NCBI GenBank assembly: GCA_026770705.1
Contig: JANJGN010000385.1
Location: 124,001-188,000, forward strand
DNA length: 64,000 nucleotides
Direction: 5' to 3'
Source: Isurus oxyrinchus
Lineage: Eukaryota
Positions within the stretch are counted from its first letter, which is position 1, and every line of letters begins with the position of its first letter. Positions 25,888-38,141 of this stretch are shown here, in pieces. The notes under the pieces were generated by a model. It saw only the letters and a program-made list of their open reading frames with translations. It was not told where the DNA came from and did not search any database. Both the position numbers and the translations under genes were made by a program.

Positions 25888-28127
25888 GTTATCATCCCAG
25901 CTGATGTTACTACTGGGCAAGTCAGATCCCAGGGTGGAACTCAGCTTGATAGGTCCTAACTTTTATTTTTTATTTAGGAATGTGGAGTGCGGCTACTGAA
26001 CAGAGTCACAGGAATCATCTGATGACCTTCTAACAAAAGAATAAAACATTTATTAAACTAGGAAAGACAAACTATATTACATTCCTCCTTCACCCAGACC
26101 TATACATTTACAGATTCATAAGGATAACACAATTACAATAACTATCTTATACTCTCATGTTCACACTGAGTACACAGTCGATGTAAACCAAAAGATGACC
26201 TGTGGTCAGGGACACCACATTCTGAAACCAAGTGACAGAACCCACGTGAAACAAATGCTCCGGGTCCCTCCTCAACCTACTCCAGACAATTGTTACACCG
26301 TGAGGCAACTGGTCTAATGAAACTGCGTCTTTCACATGAGGGTTTCCAATCTCAAAGAGAGCCAAGTGCTTTCTTTGGAATCTTCTCCAACATGACACTT
26401 TCACTCAGACACCTTCCACAAGGGACCACTTTCACTATTTCAAACTCTCCTTCCCATGTTCCTGTCCCCTGGATCGCCACGTGCATTCAGCCTTCCTTCC
26501 ACGCCCTGTCTCTCCAATGCTCAGCCGTGTCAATGGAACACCATGGCTTCACATGGCCAGAGTAAGTGACATCAACATTTGGCTGTCTCCTGTGATCTTC
26601 TGGCTTCTAATCAGCCTATTTTGCTTTATGTCTGTGTCCTTTTGCTTTTTCTCTTTTAGCTTGGATCCCTCCTCTGCTCCTCAATCTTAACTTCACTTTA
26701 CAGGGCCTTTCCCAGATTTGACTAGAAGGTTTTCTTGGGCCCTTTCTCCTGTTCCACTCGATGGTTTTGGCTTCTTCTTTACTTTGGGACTGACTATCTG
26801 TCCCGCTCCTTTGCTGCTTCTCCTGGCAACTCCTTTCAACAGAACTGAAAGTACTTTTCTGTTTTTCTCGGTCTCTGTGGGTCTTTCCGTCTGGACCACT
26901 GTTGCTAGGCAACAGCACAGTTTCTTACACCTTGTATTTGTTTTGACTTTCATTCAAGAGTCATCAAACCTCATTAGATTGCTGTCTTCTGTAAAAATGA
27001 AACCAAAACTCAAGTCTCCCACTTTCCTAACACACAAATTCAGAAATCAAACTAAACTTGAACTTAAAGATAGACCTGATGCCTAACACACACAAATACA
27101 CATAGAACTTCCTTAATCTATCCCCACTTCCTAAAAATCACATGACACACTTCTCCTCGAGTGATGTCATGCTGCTGTCCCTGAAAGGCATATTACAACA
27201 GTGTTATCACTTGGCAGGTGATGTGTGCCAGGCAGACCAAGTCCATGAGAGAAAGATGGTCACATGATCATAATTCTTTTGCAATTTGTGTTTATTATGG
27301 GATGTGTGCACCAAATTCAGAAGCAATAATTACACCAAGACCTTTAGAGATTTGAAAATTAAACTAAAATACTTGCTCTCAAAATAAAAGATTTCAAGCA
27401 CATACATAACTCTACAGTTACCACTATAATAATTCTTAAAATTCCTAATTAACCTGACTCCCAGTTACACTCCCTTTAAGGCAACAGACTAAAAATAGAT
27501 GTTAGATTTAAAACAACTCAGCAAGTTAACACAATATAAAAGCAATACCCTGCACAGAGGAATTCCAAGTGGCTTTTCCCCAACTTCAGTTCTGTTGGAT
27601 AGCAGGCTTGTGCACAAATGCTTGAGGTTTCATTAAGACTATATCACACACTCGTGTTAGATCTTACATGGCATTCTGACACATAGCCTTTCATTCTCCT
27701 TGATATATATATATATTTTTCTCTTTGTAACATGAAAATTCTATTGTTCCAAATGTTTTTGAAACTGTATCTTCCACATAACAAACTCTTTCGTGGTGCC
27801 CATATTGCCAGGAGCCTTTGAGAAAAATAAACACATTCCTTAGTCTTGCTTATCTGGCTAGTTGTAAACAAGCTAAGATTCCTTTGAAATCCAACAACCG
27901 CTTCATTGATATAAAAATGCAAATTCTCTTCATACCTTCCATGCTAAGCAGCATCCATGTTTCCTCAATAGAATGTCAAGCACCTAGCTCCTTTGGATAA
28001 TTTTAAACTTCCAATCTAATTAACTCCAAATGTACTTAAATCACATGCAGACCCATCATGCATACCCCCATAAACCTACTTTACAATATACTATAAAATA
28101 TTATGAAAATTATTATACTTACATCAC
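25888..28127. mobile_element. LTR-like elements (TG...CA bounded segments)
   Basis: TGTTAT...CATGACA (25888-27147) and a second AT-rich segment ending CATCACA; no clear coding homology. Confidence 0.45.
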
Positions 28128-28518
28128 AATAGGAACCACTGCCTTAGACACTGAGGATCTAGGACAGCAAGGCCAATTCATGATTCATGATGGTGATAAT
28201 GGGGGAATTCTGAAGGCTCCAAATCCATTGTCCTACATTGTAAATCAGCAGTGAACTCACTTCAATTAGTGTGTCTTGTAGACACTGTGTTGGGTGGAAG
28301 ACTGGCTTCACTAAACAGGGTCCTGAGGGCCATGACCAATGCAGAATGAACTTGTCCACTCCTGTGTCCAGGATTCAGTTCAATGTGTTGTGAAACCTTG
28401 GGGCACTCATTGTGAGTCCAGACTGCAGCCACTGTGCCCCAGTGATGGAGGGGGTGGATATCGAGTCTAGTGGATTGACAAAACATTCAGAGTTAAATAT
28501 TGATATTTCTCTCCCTAG

Positions 28519-28893
28519 TTGGATTACCACAAGAGTGGAAAGGTGACACTCCACAAGAGGTGACAGCGCAGGAAGGTTCCTGTGTACAGATTCCATGTCA
28601 TTACAGCTACCCATCATATTTAGTAGCAAGATCACCTGTCGGAATCTGGTATATGAGAAGGAATTGGGAAACATGGAATGAATGGCCTATAGCCTTTCAC
28701 TCCAAGGAACATAATCGTGAGTTACCACGGTTCCACCATCGGACCCGGCTCTCTGGAGACCTGAAAGATGGCGACTGTTCCCTGATTATAAACAACATCA
28801 GACGGGAAGATGAAGGACCTTATTTTTTCAGAATAGAATTTGACAATGGTCCGAGCCGTAACTATTACCCTGTAACCCAGCTTCACATTTCTG
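28519..28893 (+). CDS. Gene B V-set exon V1 (intact)
   Basis: 375 nt open frame, ccctag| and |gtaagt; YFFRIE Arg retained; distinct segment YLVARSPVGIWYMRRNWETWNEWP. Confidence 0.88.
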
Positions 28894-29139
28894 GTAAGTG
28901 CTGTGTTATAATTACTCACCAATTCACATCCAACACTCAATGGGAAATAATAGTGTTTGATTTGCTTGTTTTTTGGCCGTGTTAACCAGCGTCACTATTT
29001 TTAATGATTTGTCTATTTCTGCTCCCAGATCCATGAGCTTATTGTGTGTGATTGAATCCACATCATAGCTGTAACGTAAACCGAGCTGAGGGGTGATGAC
29101 ACCTCCCCCCTGAGTGAAGTATCTCCTCCCCACTACACC

Positions 29140-29700
29140 TTTCACCCCTCACACTGTCTGTGTAAAACCTACAACCATCCCATTCTCTGTAACCTCTTCA
29201 AGCCTTTACCACTTCCCTATATCTGTAAATTCATCCTGCCCAACAAACCTACCAATCTCTGCAACCTCCTCCAGCCACTACAAACCTCCCTATTTCTGTA
29301 ACTTCCTCCTGCCCCTAAAAGCTTCCCTATCTCTGTAGCCTGCTCCAGTCCCGACAACTTTCCCTGCCCCTGTAACCTGCCCCAGTCACTACAACCCTCC
29401 CTACCTCTGCAAACTCCTCCAGATTCTACACTCTCCCAATCTCTCTTAACTTTTCCAGCCCCTACAACCCTCCCTATTTCTGTAACTCCTCCAATCACTA
29501 CAACCCTCACTATCTCTGTAATCTCCTCCAGACCCTACACTCTCCCAATCTCTCTTAACTTTTTCAGCCCCGACAACTATCCCTATCTCTGTAACCTCCT
29601 CCAGTCACTCCAATCCTCTGAGGTGTCTGCGCTCCTCCAATTCCAGCCTCTTGACCATCCCCCGATCCCATCACTCCAACATCAGCAGCTGTGCCTTCAG
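29140..29700. repeat. Degenerate C-rich 37-bp-type repeat / L2-like fragment
   Basis: Complement of the unit at 48510-49850. Confidence 0.7.
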
Positions 29701-30224
29701 CCTTGAGTCTTATTTTAGAGGGAATGTACAAACCTCCTTAGATTTCTGACCAAAATGTCATTTGATTATTTTTATTGAGCGAATGCCAAGCCCCGATACC
29801 GAGCGAGAGCCTCCTCATTTGCTGAGTTTAGGGTGATGAGTCAGCCCCTTAGTCCGTAGAGGGGATTCTCCTCGGTAATGTGCAGCCTTGTTTGTGTCTC
29901 TCCACAAGCGCATGAGGGGTTTGTACAGAGGCTGCAGCGCTGGAGGGGGTCTGCACAGGGGTCCTGGCCTGTCCTGAGCCGGTTTTAGCAAGGACCACTC
30001 TGGCCTTGGCAGTTGAAAGCCAGCCATTGGACAGACGGGGCCTGTCACAAGGAGCCTGTTAGTCACTCCCCCCCGTGTCTCCTGTGCTCAGATCCAGACC
30101 ATGTTGGCTGGTGGATCTGGCTCAGGAAGGGTCCTCCCCATGGGACCCCCAGACGGAAGGTGGGTCGAGCGGGTCATTCACTTGCATGTTTATTCTGCAG
30201 CTTTAATATTTTAAGATGGTAAGA

Positions 30225-31015
30225 ATGTAGGAACATAAGAAATAGGGACAGGAGCAGGCCATTCGGCCCCTCGAGCCTGCTCTCGCTGATCTGGTTGTGG
30301 CCTTAACTCCATTTTCCTGCCTGTCCCCCAAACCCTTGACTCCCTTGTCGATCAAAAACCTGCCTCACTCAGCCTTGAGTCTATTCAATGGCCCAGCCTC
30401 CACTGCTCTCTGGGGAAGAGAATTCCACAGGCTAGCGCCCCTCTGAGAGAGGAAATTCCTCCTCATCTCAGTCTTAAACGGGAGAGTCCTCATTCTGAAA
30501 CTGTGCTCCCTGGTTCTAGATTCCCCCACGAGGGGGAAACATCCTCCCAGCATCCACGCTGTCAAGCCCCCTCGGAATCGGATATGTTTCAATAAGGTCA
30601 CCCCTCATTCTTCTAAACTCCAATGGATACAGGCCCAACCTGCTCAACATTTCCTCACAGGACAAACCCTTTAATCCCAGGAATCAGCCCAGTGAAGCTT
30701 CTCTGAACTGCCTGCACACAATGATCCTGTTACAATCTCACTAACGCCCTGTGTAGCTGTTGCAAGACTTCCCTCCTTTTATACTCCATCCCTTTGCAAT
30801 AAAGGCCAACATTCCACTTGCCTTCCTCATTCCGTGGTGTTCCTGAATGCTGACTTTCTGTGATTCATGTACAAGGACACCCAGATCCCTCTGTACTGCA
30901 TTCTGCAGCCTGTCTCCATTTAAATAATATCCTGTTTTTCTATTCTTCCTGCCAAAATAATTTGTTGCCATTCTCCTCAGTATTGACCATCCCCCCAATT
31001 CAGCCTCATCTGTAA
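30225..31015 (-). mobile_element. CR1 LINE 3' end
   Basis: QRDLGVLVHESQKV, FPLVGESRTR..WNSLPQRAVEA. Confidence 0.88.
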
Positions 31016-31076
31016 ATATCGGGTTCAGTGGATCCACAAACCATTCAGAGTTAAATATTGAGATTTCTCTCCCCAG

Positions 31077-31453
31077 TTGGACTGTCACAAGAGTGGAAAG
31101 GTGACACTCCACGAGAGGTGACAGCGCAGGAAGGTTCGTGTGTACAGATCAATGTCATTACAGTTACCCATCACATTTGGTAAAGAAAACACATGTCGGA
31201 ATCTGGTATATGAGGAGGTACATACAGAACAAATGGTCTAAATGGTCTATAGCCTTTCACTCCAAGGATCACAGTCACGAGTTACCACGGTTCCACCATC
31301 GGACCCGGCTGTCTGGAGACCTGAAAGATGGCGACTGTTCCCTGATTATAAACAACATCAGACGGGAAGATGCAGGACCTTATTTTTTCAGAATAGAATT
31401 TGACAATGGTCCGAGTCATAACTAAAACCCTGTAACCCAGCTTCACGTTTCTG
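31077..31453 (+). pseudogene. Pseudo V-set exon V2
   Basis: 1-nt deletion near 31150 (cagatcaatgt vs cagattccatgt), TAT>TAA stop at 31423-31425, donor GT>AT at 31454. Confidence 0.88.
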
Positions 31454-32266
31454 ATAAGTGCTGTGTTATAATTACTCAACAATTCACATCCAACACTCAA
31501 TGGGAAATAACACAAACTGTGACATTTACATATTAACACAAAACACAGCTTATTATAACATACTGTCTGATTCTCAATATCCTGGTGATAGCTTCCAGTT
31601 CAATCTGAAAGCAACCTCTAATACTCACTTTAATATCAATGATTAAATGTATTGACTGTGTACATCAATGTTATCAGGTTATCCACTCCCATCGATCTCC
31701 CTAACCCTGTATGACAGTCTTACATTTCGACAAAAGATAGATTCGCATTTCTATAGCGCCTTTCAACACCTCTGTACATCGCAAATGGATTCACAAGCAA
31801 TGAAATAATTCTTGAAATGAAGCCCTTGTTGTAATCTGGGAAACACAATAGCCAATTTGTTCACAGGAATCTCCCAGAAAAGGTGATGTGATCAATAACC
31901 TGATCACCTGCTTTAGATGCCGGTTCAGTGATTGGTTCAAATGGATTCTCTCCTGCTGGGAACAGGATAGAATTTAAATCTGGCAGATTTCGGAGAAAGT
32001 AACAAGCCAGTGTGTCAGGAACTGTGAGCTGCTCCCCCACCCTCACCTGGGATTGTCAATTCAATTGTCTCAAAGTGGAAGTGAATTCATCTGAGTGACA
32101 GAAACTCCACTACGTCTGAAAATAGGAAATTCTCTCCTGATCGTTGTAATCTCTCAGTTCTGATATCATCCATGTAAAAGTGCTTTCTCTTGTGGGACTG
32201 TGGTTTCTATTTGAACTGATGCTTCACGTTATATTTCTCTAAAAGGATCCATTCTCTGTCTGTTAG

Positions 32267-32561
32267 ATTTCACAGATAAACCCACGATATTCCCTGCTGA
32301 AATTATAGCAGGAAAGTGTGTGGATGTAAGCTGCACCTTCAACACAACGTGCAATGGAACAGCAGCACCTGTCTTAACCTGGGACACTCCCACTGACGTA
32401 CCTGGATCAGTCTCAAACACTGTAACTCAGCATGGTGTCACTCTGACCTATACTTCTGTTCTGACCCTGATCCCATCACTCAAACACCATGGACACACTC
32501 AGCTGCAGAGTGAGATATCCATCTGTTTCATCGGAGCGGACCCTCGTACTAACTGTGCAAG
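32267..32561 (+). pseudogene. Gene B domain 2 exon with 2-nt deletion
   Basis: 295 nt vs 297 in A and C; one AC unit lost at ~32495 (ggacacactc vs ggacacacactc); splice sites intact. Confidence 0.82.
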
Positions 32562-32884
32562 GTAAGTACCGACACCTTTCATTCTACATCAGCACTCCCT
32601 CGGCGCTGACCCTCTGACAGTGCAGCCCGTTCTCAGTATCTACATTCTCAGACCTCTCAAAGTGCTTCACAGTCGATAGAAGTTAACTGATCTTTATATG
32701 ATTATTGCTGAATGAAGAGACAATCTGTCTAAAGTTTACAGCTCGCACACATTATTTTCCATGGCAACACCGCCTCCAATCAGAGACCACTTGCCAATCA
32801 ATCAGCACTCTCTTCCCATTAAATATAAATTGTTGTTCACTTCCTGTTGGTAAACCTGTGATCTGTCATGTTGAGTCCTGCCCT

Positions 32885-33037
32885 GACATCTGAATATCAC
32901 AATGAACAGAACAAGTTCCAGCAATGAGCTGTGGTTCGTGATTCCTCATGTTACATCCAGGGACACTGGAGACTATCAGTGTGTGGCAGAGAATGAACAT
33001 GGAGCAGTGGAGGGTTTCATAACCATCACTGTGGAAC
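32885..33037 (+). pseudogene. Gene B domain 3 exon, 5' half missing
   Basis: Homology starts mid-exon (HLNITMNRTSS...YQCVAENEHG) with the donor gtgagt kept; the acceptor and first half are replaced by repeat-like sequence. Confidence 0.82.
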
Positions 33038-34155
33038 GTGAGTGTACAAAGACTTCAACAGCTCTCTCAGATTCAAACACTACACAAACACACACAAATA
33101 TACAAACCTAAATAGACACGTGCAGACACACAATCCCACATGTATGAGCACACAAAAGGACACACTCACAAACAAACACACTAACACATTCTCCCCCATG
33201 GGTTACCTGACCTCCCTCAGTGCTGCACCGGAGAGTTGACATGGATTCTGGGAGTTGTATTCCCTTTCAAGTTTATGGAAGAACGCGGAAATTGCAAAGT
33301 CTATTAGACACCCAGATGCACAGAGTTTCTCACAGATACTCTCTGCCTCTCTAACTCTCTATCCTCCTTTAAAAAGCTTCCTGAAACCTAACCCTTTGAC
33401 CAGTCACCTGTCCCAACTCCTCCTTATGTAATTCTGTGTGAAATGTTGTTTGAGTATCTGACAGTAAGAGAGAGATGGAGAGGTTTATGAAGGAATTTCT
33501 GTTGGTGAAAAGCTTACATCATGTTCTCACCTTTCCAGAGCCCATTTTGCACATGATGTCCAATGTCCAAGTTCATAATGGGGATTGCCTATGTAAACGT
33601 CACGCTGCAGTTACACTCTGCCACCAGTGGTGGCATGGTAGCACTTAACCCTTGCATCTCCCAGCTTTTCAAGCAATTTCACTTCCCAATTTGCTACTAC
33701 TCACTTCAACCACTCCCTGTGGGAGCGAGTTCCACATTCTCCCCTCTCTCTGGGTAAAGATTGGAACTGTTTATTAAGCGGGGGGTGTAAGTCCGTGGGG
33801 GAGTCCATCTCGATCCTGCCCGATTCGCACACACGTCCGAGATGGATTTCCACCCGGCACTAAACGTTTCCAGAATTTTCTACAGCACAATCCTGTACAC
33901 AGCGATGGAGAGAAACATTGGACAGGGAGTCCAACAGCACAATGATCCATTCGCACCAATGTTCCACGCTAAGGGGAAAGTTCCGATTGTCCACTCTTAG
34001 AGTGTTTACAATGAAAACATTCATTCCACATTGAATCCCAGTGGATGGGTCAATATTACAGCAAATGTTGCAGTGATATGAAGCTTGATTGTTCAGCCAG
34101 AGTGAGAGATTGAAAGCGGAGAGTCAGTGATGATTTCTTTCTGTGTGTTCTCTAG

Positions 34156-34295
34156 ACAGTGGAGGAGAGATTCTGCACGTGATCCTGATCCTGGGAATAC
34201 GAGCTGTGATATTCCTTGTGGCTGTGGTTATCACTATCGCTGGAGTCTGTGTCTGGGAGAGACAAACAGTGAAAGGAAGTCGACAGACTGTTTGA
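34156..34295 (+). CDS. Gene B TM + short tail exon with intramembrane Arg
   Basis: ttctctag| SGGEILHVILILGIRAVIFLVAVVITIAGVCVWERQTVKGSRQTV*; phase 1; not reported in this frame in the ORF track. Confidence 0.8.
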
Positions 34296-34319
34296 AGCTT
34301 TGTGCAGCAACAATCTTAT

Positions 34320-34920
34320 TACGGAACAGAAGGACGGTATTCAGCCCATCGACTCCATGCTGTCTCTCTGTAGAGCAATACAGTCAGTCCCATTCCCCCG
34401 CTCTATCCCCGTAGCCCTTCAAGTTTATTTCCCCTCAAGTGTCCGTCCAATTTCCTTTGAAATCGTTCATCGTCTCCGCTGCCACCATCCTCGTAGGCAG
34501 CGAGTTCCAGCTCATTACCACTCGCTGTGTAAAAAAGTTCCTCCTCACATCCCCCCTCTGCCCACAACCTTCAATCTGTGTCCCCCAGTCCTTGTACCAT
34601 CAGCTAATGGCAACAGCTTCTCTTTGTCTACCTGATCTAAACGCATCATCATCTTGTACACCTCGATCAGATCCCCCCTCAATCTCCTTTGCTCCAAGGA
34701 GAACAACCCCAGCTTCTCCAACCCAACCTTGTAGCTAAAATCCCTCATCTCTGGACCCATTCTGCTCAATCTCCTCCCCACCCTCTCAAGGACCCTCACT
34801 TCCTTCCCAAAGTGAGGAGACCAGAACTGGACACAATACTCTAGTTGTGACCTAACCAGAGCTTTATAAATGTTCAGCATAACCTCCCTGTGTTTGTACT
34901 CAATCCCTCGATTTATGAAA
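34320..34920 (-). mobile_element. CR1 LINE 3' end
   Basis: YKALVRSQLEYCVQFWSP..RRLRGDLIEVYK. Confidence 0.9.
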
Positions 34921-35609
34921 AGCTTATTCTTTCCATCAGCACAAACAGCAATTTCCAAGCGGACTCCCATCAGCAGACAGAGTGCAATGAAACATCGGCA
35001 TGCCTGCTTCTTAATGTACGGAGAGAAACCTGGAACGAGAGATTCTCCTTCTTCTCCTCAGCAAGCTGAAACTTTTCCTTATACCTGGTGCTCCCCAGTC
35101 CTGCTGTGTGGACACATCATAACCACGGCATTGTCTGGCTGTGTGCAGCCAACATGGTCGAATAGGAATGAACAGAAATGTGACGTTGCTAAACTCTGTT
35201 CTCTGATTGGAATGTGCTTTCTGAATGCTGCACCTTTTTCATGCTGTGATAGATTGTAAGAAGCATTTGGGTTATGAATAAAATTACATTGATTAACACA
35301 AGTGATTAAAATGCTCAGCCTGTTCTGTAGATACTTATAGATTAAAATTCTTATTTTGCTGCCAGATTCTTGCCTCAAAGAAAAGCTTCTTGTTGTCACA
35401 TTTTCTCTATTATATAAATTCCTGTGCCCATCCTTATAATAGAAATTTCCAATGTAAACATGTCACATTGTAGTTTCACATTCCTGCCAGTGGTGTTGCC
35501 ATTCCAAAGCTGTCTTGCTGCACAGACACAGTAAGAAATATTCTCGATGTGTACATGATGTTGTTGTTACACAGACATCAGGCGGAATCTTGGGCAGTGC
35601 CTAGAATGC

Positions 35610-37292
35610 ACATAGGACAGTGCAGACCACACTCAGAACTGACAGTGCAGCGTTTCCTCAGTGCTGACCCTCCGTCAGTGCAGCGCTCCCTCATTACTGT
35701 CCCTCTGACAGTGCTGCACTACCTCATTATTGACCCTTTTCAAGTGCAGCACCCCGTCATCATTGACCTTCTGACCGTGCAGCACTCCCTCATGGCTGAC
35801 ACTCTGACAGTGCAACAATCCCTGAACACTGACCCTCTGATACTGTACCCCTCCATCACTAATGACTTTCCAACAGTTCAGCACTCCCTAGGTACAGACC
35901 CTCTGACAGGGCAGCATTCCATCAGTATTCAAACTCCCACTATGCAGCTGTCCCTCAGGATTCTCCCCCCCACAGTGCAGCACTCCCTCAGTACTCTCCC
36001 TCCCACAGTGCAGCACTCCCTCAGTACTCACCCTCCCACAGTGCAGCAATCCCTCAGTACTCTCACTCCCACAGTGCAGTACTCCCTCAGTACTCACCCT
36101 CCCACAGTGCAGCACTCCCTCAGTACTCACCGTCCCACAGTGCAGCACACCCTCAGTACTCACCCTCCCACAGTGCAGCACTCCATCAGTACTCACCCTC
36201 CCAAAGTGCAGCACTCCCTCAGTACTCACCCTCCCACAGTGCAGCACTCCCTCAGTACTCACCCTCCCACAGTGCAGCACACCCTCAGTACTCACCCTCC
36301 CACAGTGCTGTGCGAGTTGTTTAAATCAAGACTGGTGCCCAAAGAGGGAGGTTTCAATGCTAAATCATTGAAATCGGTGAAAATTATTTTTAGGCTGAGG
36401 GGAACAAGACTTAGTTCCTCATATCCTTTCTTTAGCAATAACACACAGTACTAGAATCTCTGTTTAAATAAATTCCAGTTAAACATTGCCATGAAAGGAT
36501 ATCTTCTCACACTCCTCTCTACCTCAGTAGTAACCATCCCACAGTCCAGCACCCCCTCAATACTGACCCTCCGACTGTGCAAATCTCACTCAGTACAGAC
36601 CCGCTGACAGTTCAGCACTCCCTCATTACTGATCCTCTGACAGTGCAGCACTCCCTCATTAAGGACCCTCTTCCAGTGCAGCACTCCCACATTACTGTCC
36701 CTCTGACAGTGCAGCACTCCCACATTACTGACCCTCTGACAGTGCAGCACTCCCACATTACTGTCCCTCTGACAGTGCAGCACTCCCTCAGTACTGACCC
36801 TCCGACATTGCAGCATTCCTTCACTACTGGCCCTCTGACAGTGCAGCACTCTCACATTACTGACCCTCTGACAGTGCAGCAGACCCTCAGTACTGACCCC
36901 ACTAACAGTGCAGCACTCGCTCAGTACTGACCCTCCCACAGTGCAGCACTCCCTCAGTACTATACTCCTGATAGTGAAGTACTCCCTTATTAATGACCCT
37001 CTTCCAGTGCAGAACTCCCACATTACTGAACCTCTGACAATGCAGCACTCCCACATTACTGACACTCTGACAGTGCAGCACTCCCACATTACTGTCCCTC
37101 TGACAGTGCAGCACTCCCTCAGTACTGACCCTCCGACATTGCAGCAATCCTTCACTACTGGCCCTCTGACAGTGCAGCAATCCCACATTACTGACCTTCT
37201 GATAGTGCAGCACTCACTCAGTACTGACCCTCACACAGTGCAGCACTCCCTCAGTACTATACCCCTGACAGTGCAGCACTCCTTCAGTAATG
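35610..37292. repeat. 33-bp minisatellite arrays (opposite orientation)
   Basis: TVQHSLSTDPL-type periodicity, interrupted at ~36310-36530. Confidence 0.92.
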
Positions 37293-37509
37293 ATATCAGG
37301 GATTGTCAACATGTATCATACGGCCAGAGACCTGTATTGGGAATTCTATCGCCTGCGCTTCAGCCTCTGAGATGAGGGGGAGGGGTCTAATCCCACGGAG
37401 CCAATGGAGAAGCTTGATGACTACAGCTGCCCAAATATGAGCTGACAGATCACACATGGTAAACGTTTTGCTGAGAGCACAAAACATCCTCGAACTTCTC
37501 ACTCATTAC

Positions 37510-37651
37510 CCACTTCCTCATTTTGACTCACAGTGACACATCCACCCTTTCTAATTAAACACACAGAGGGAGCAGCACAGGAAGAGGTCATTCAGCCCAA
37601 GCAGAGCGTGTGGGCAGTTCCTCCCCAGGCGAGCAGTCGGACAGGTCCTGG
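37510..37651 (+). promoter_or_regulatory. Gene C promoter and non-coding exon 1
   Basis: PU.1/ETS box CACTTCCTC at 37511, TATA-like TTAAA at ~37555, strong donor TGG|GTAAGT at 37651/37652. The same block precedes every leader exon. TSS not determined. Confidence 0.65.
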
Positions 37652-38101
37652 GTAAGTAACGGAACGATTGGAATTCACTTCCACCACCAACACTGTCCTT
37701 TGTTGATGTTGTGACTTTATAAAGACAGATTCCAATGATTGATGCCTTTGAAAGATTTCTACTGATTATTGAGATCTGGGTGTGAGGCTCAAGTCTGTTG
37801 TACAGAACATCTTTCTAGCTCAAGGGATGAGGGAATTGCAGAGACATGAGCTTTGGGACATCCTGAGGTGGTGAAAGGTGCTATGGAAATGCAAGTCCTT
37901 CATTGTTTTACCTTCTTAAAGCCTTGTAACTCTCTGCAGAGCACCTATCATCCCACAGAGAATCAAACTATTCTGTGAAGACATTGTCTAAAAGCAGTTC
38001 TGATCTCTCGAGAGCTGTTGGACAAGAGGTGAGATCTCATTAACTCCTTTCTCTTTCAGAACTTCAGAGTTAGATGCTGAGGAAATATCTGGGAGTGGAC
38101 A

Positions 38102-38141
38102 ATGATCGGGAAATCTTACTTCCTCCTGTCACTTCTCCAAG
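38102..38141 (+). CDS. Gene C leader exon coding part (MIGKSYFLLSLLQ, signal peptide)
   Basis: Acceptor ctctttcag|38060, acaATG at 38102, donor AAG|GTAATA, phase 1. Confidence 0.85.

Larger units (their letters stand above)
20768..34295 (+). pseudogene. Gene B: activating-type Siglec-like gene with damaged C2 exons (pseudogene, or exon-skipping L-V-TM form)
   Basis: Leader 20768-20807, V1 28519-28893 and TM 34156-34295 are intact. V2 is dead, D2 is frameshifted and D3 is 5'-truncated. Confidence 0.7.

Noticed and set aside
28270-28380. Possible decayed V-exon start (tcttgtag|...tcctgtgtccaggatt) upstream of V exons
   Set aside because: Spacing does not match the real V exon and there is no consistent frame
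33805-33852. 10-bp hairpin gtccatctcg/cgagatggat
   Set aside because: Isolated, probably a MITE remnant; no RNA family features
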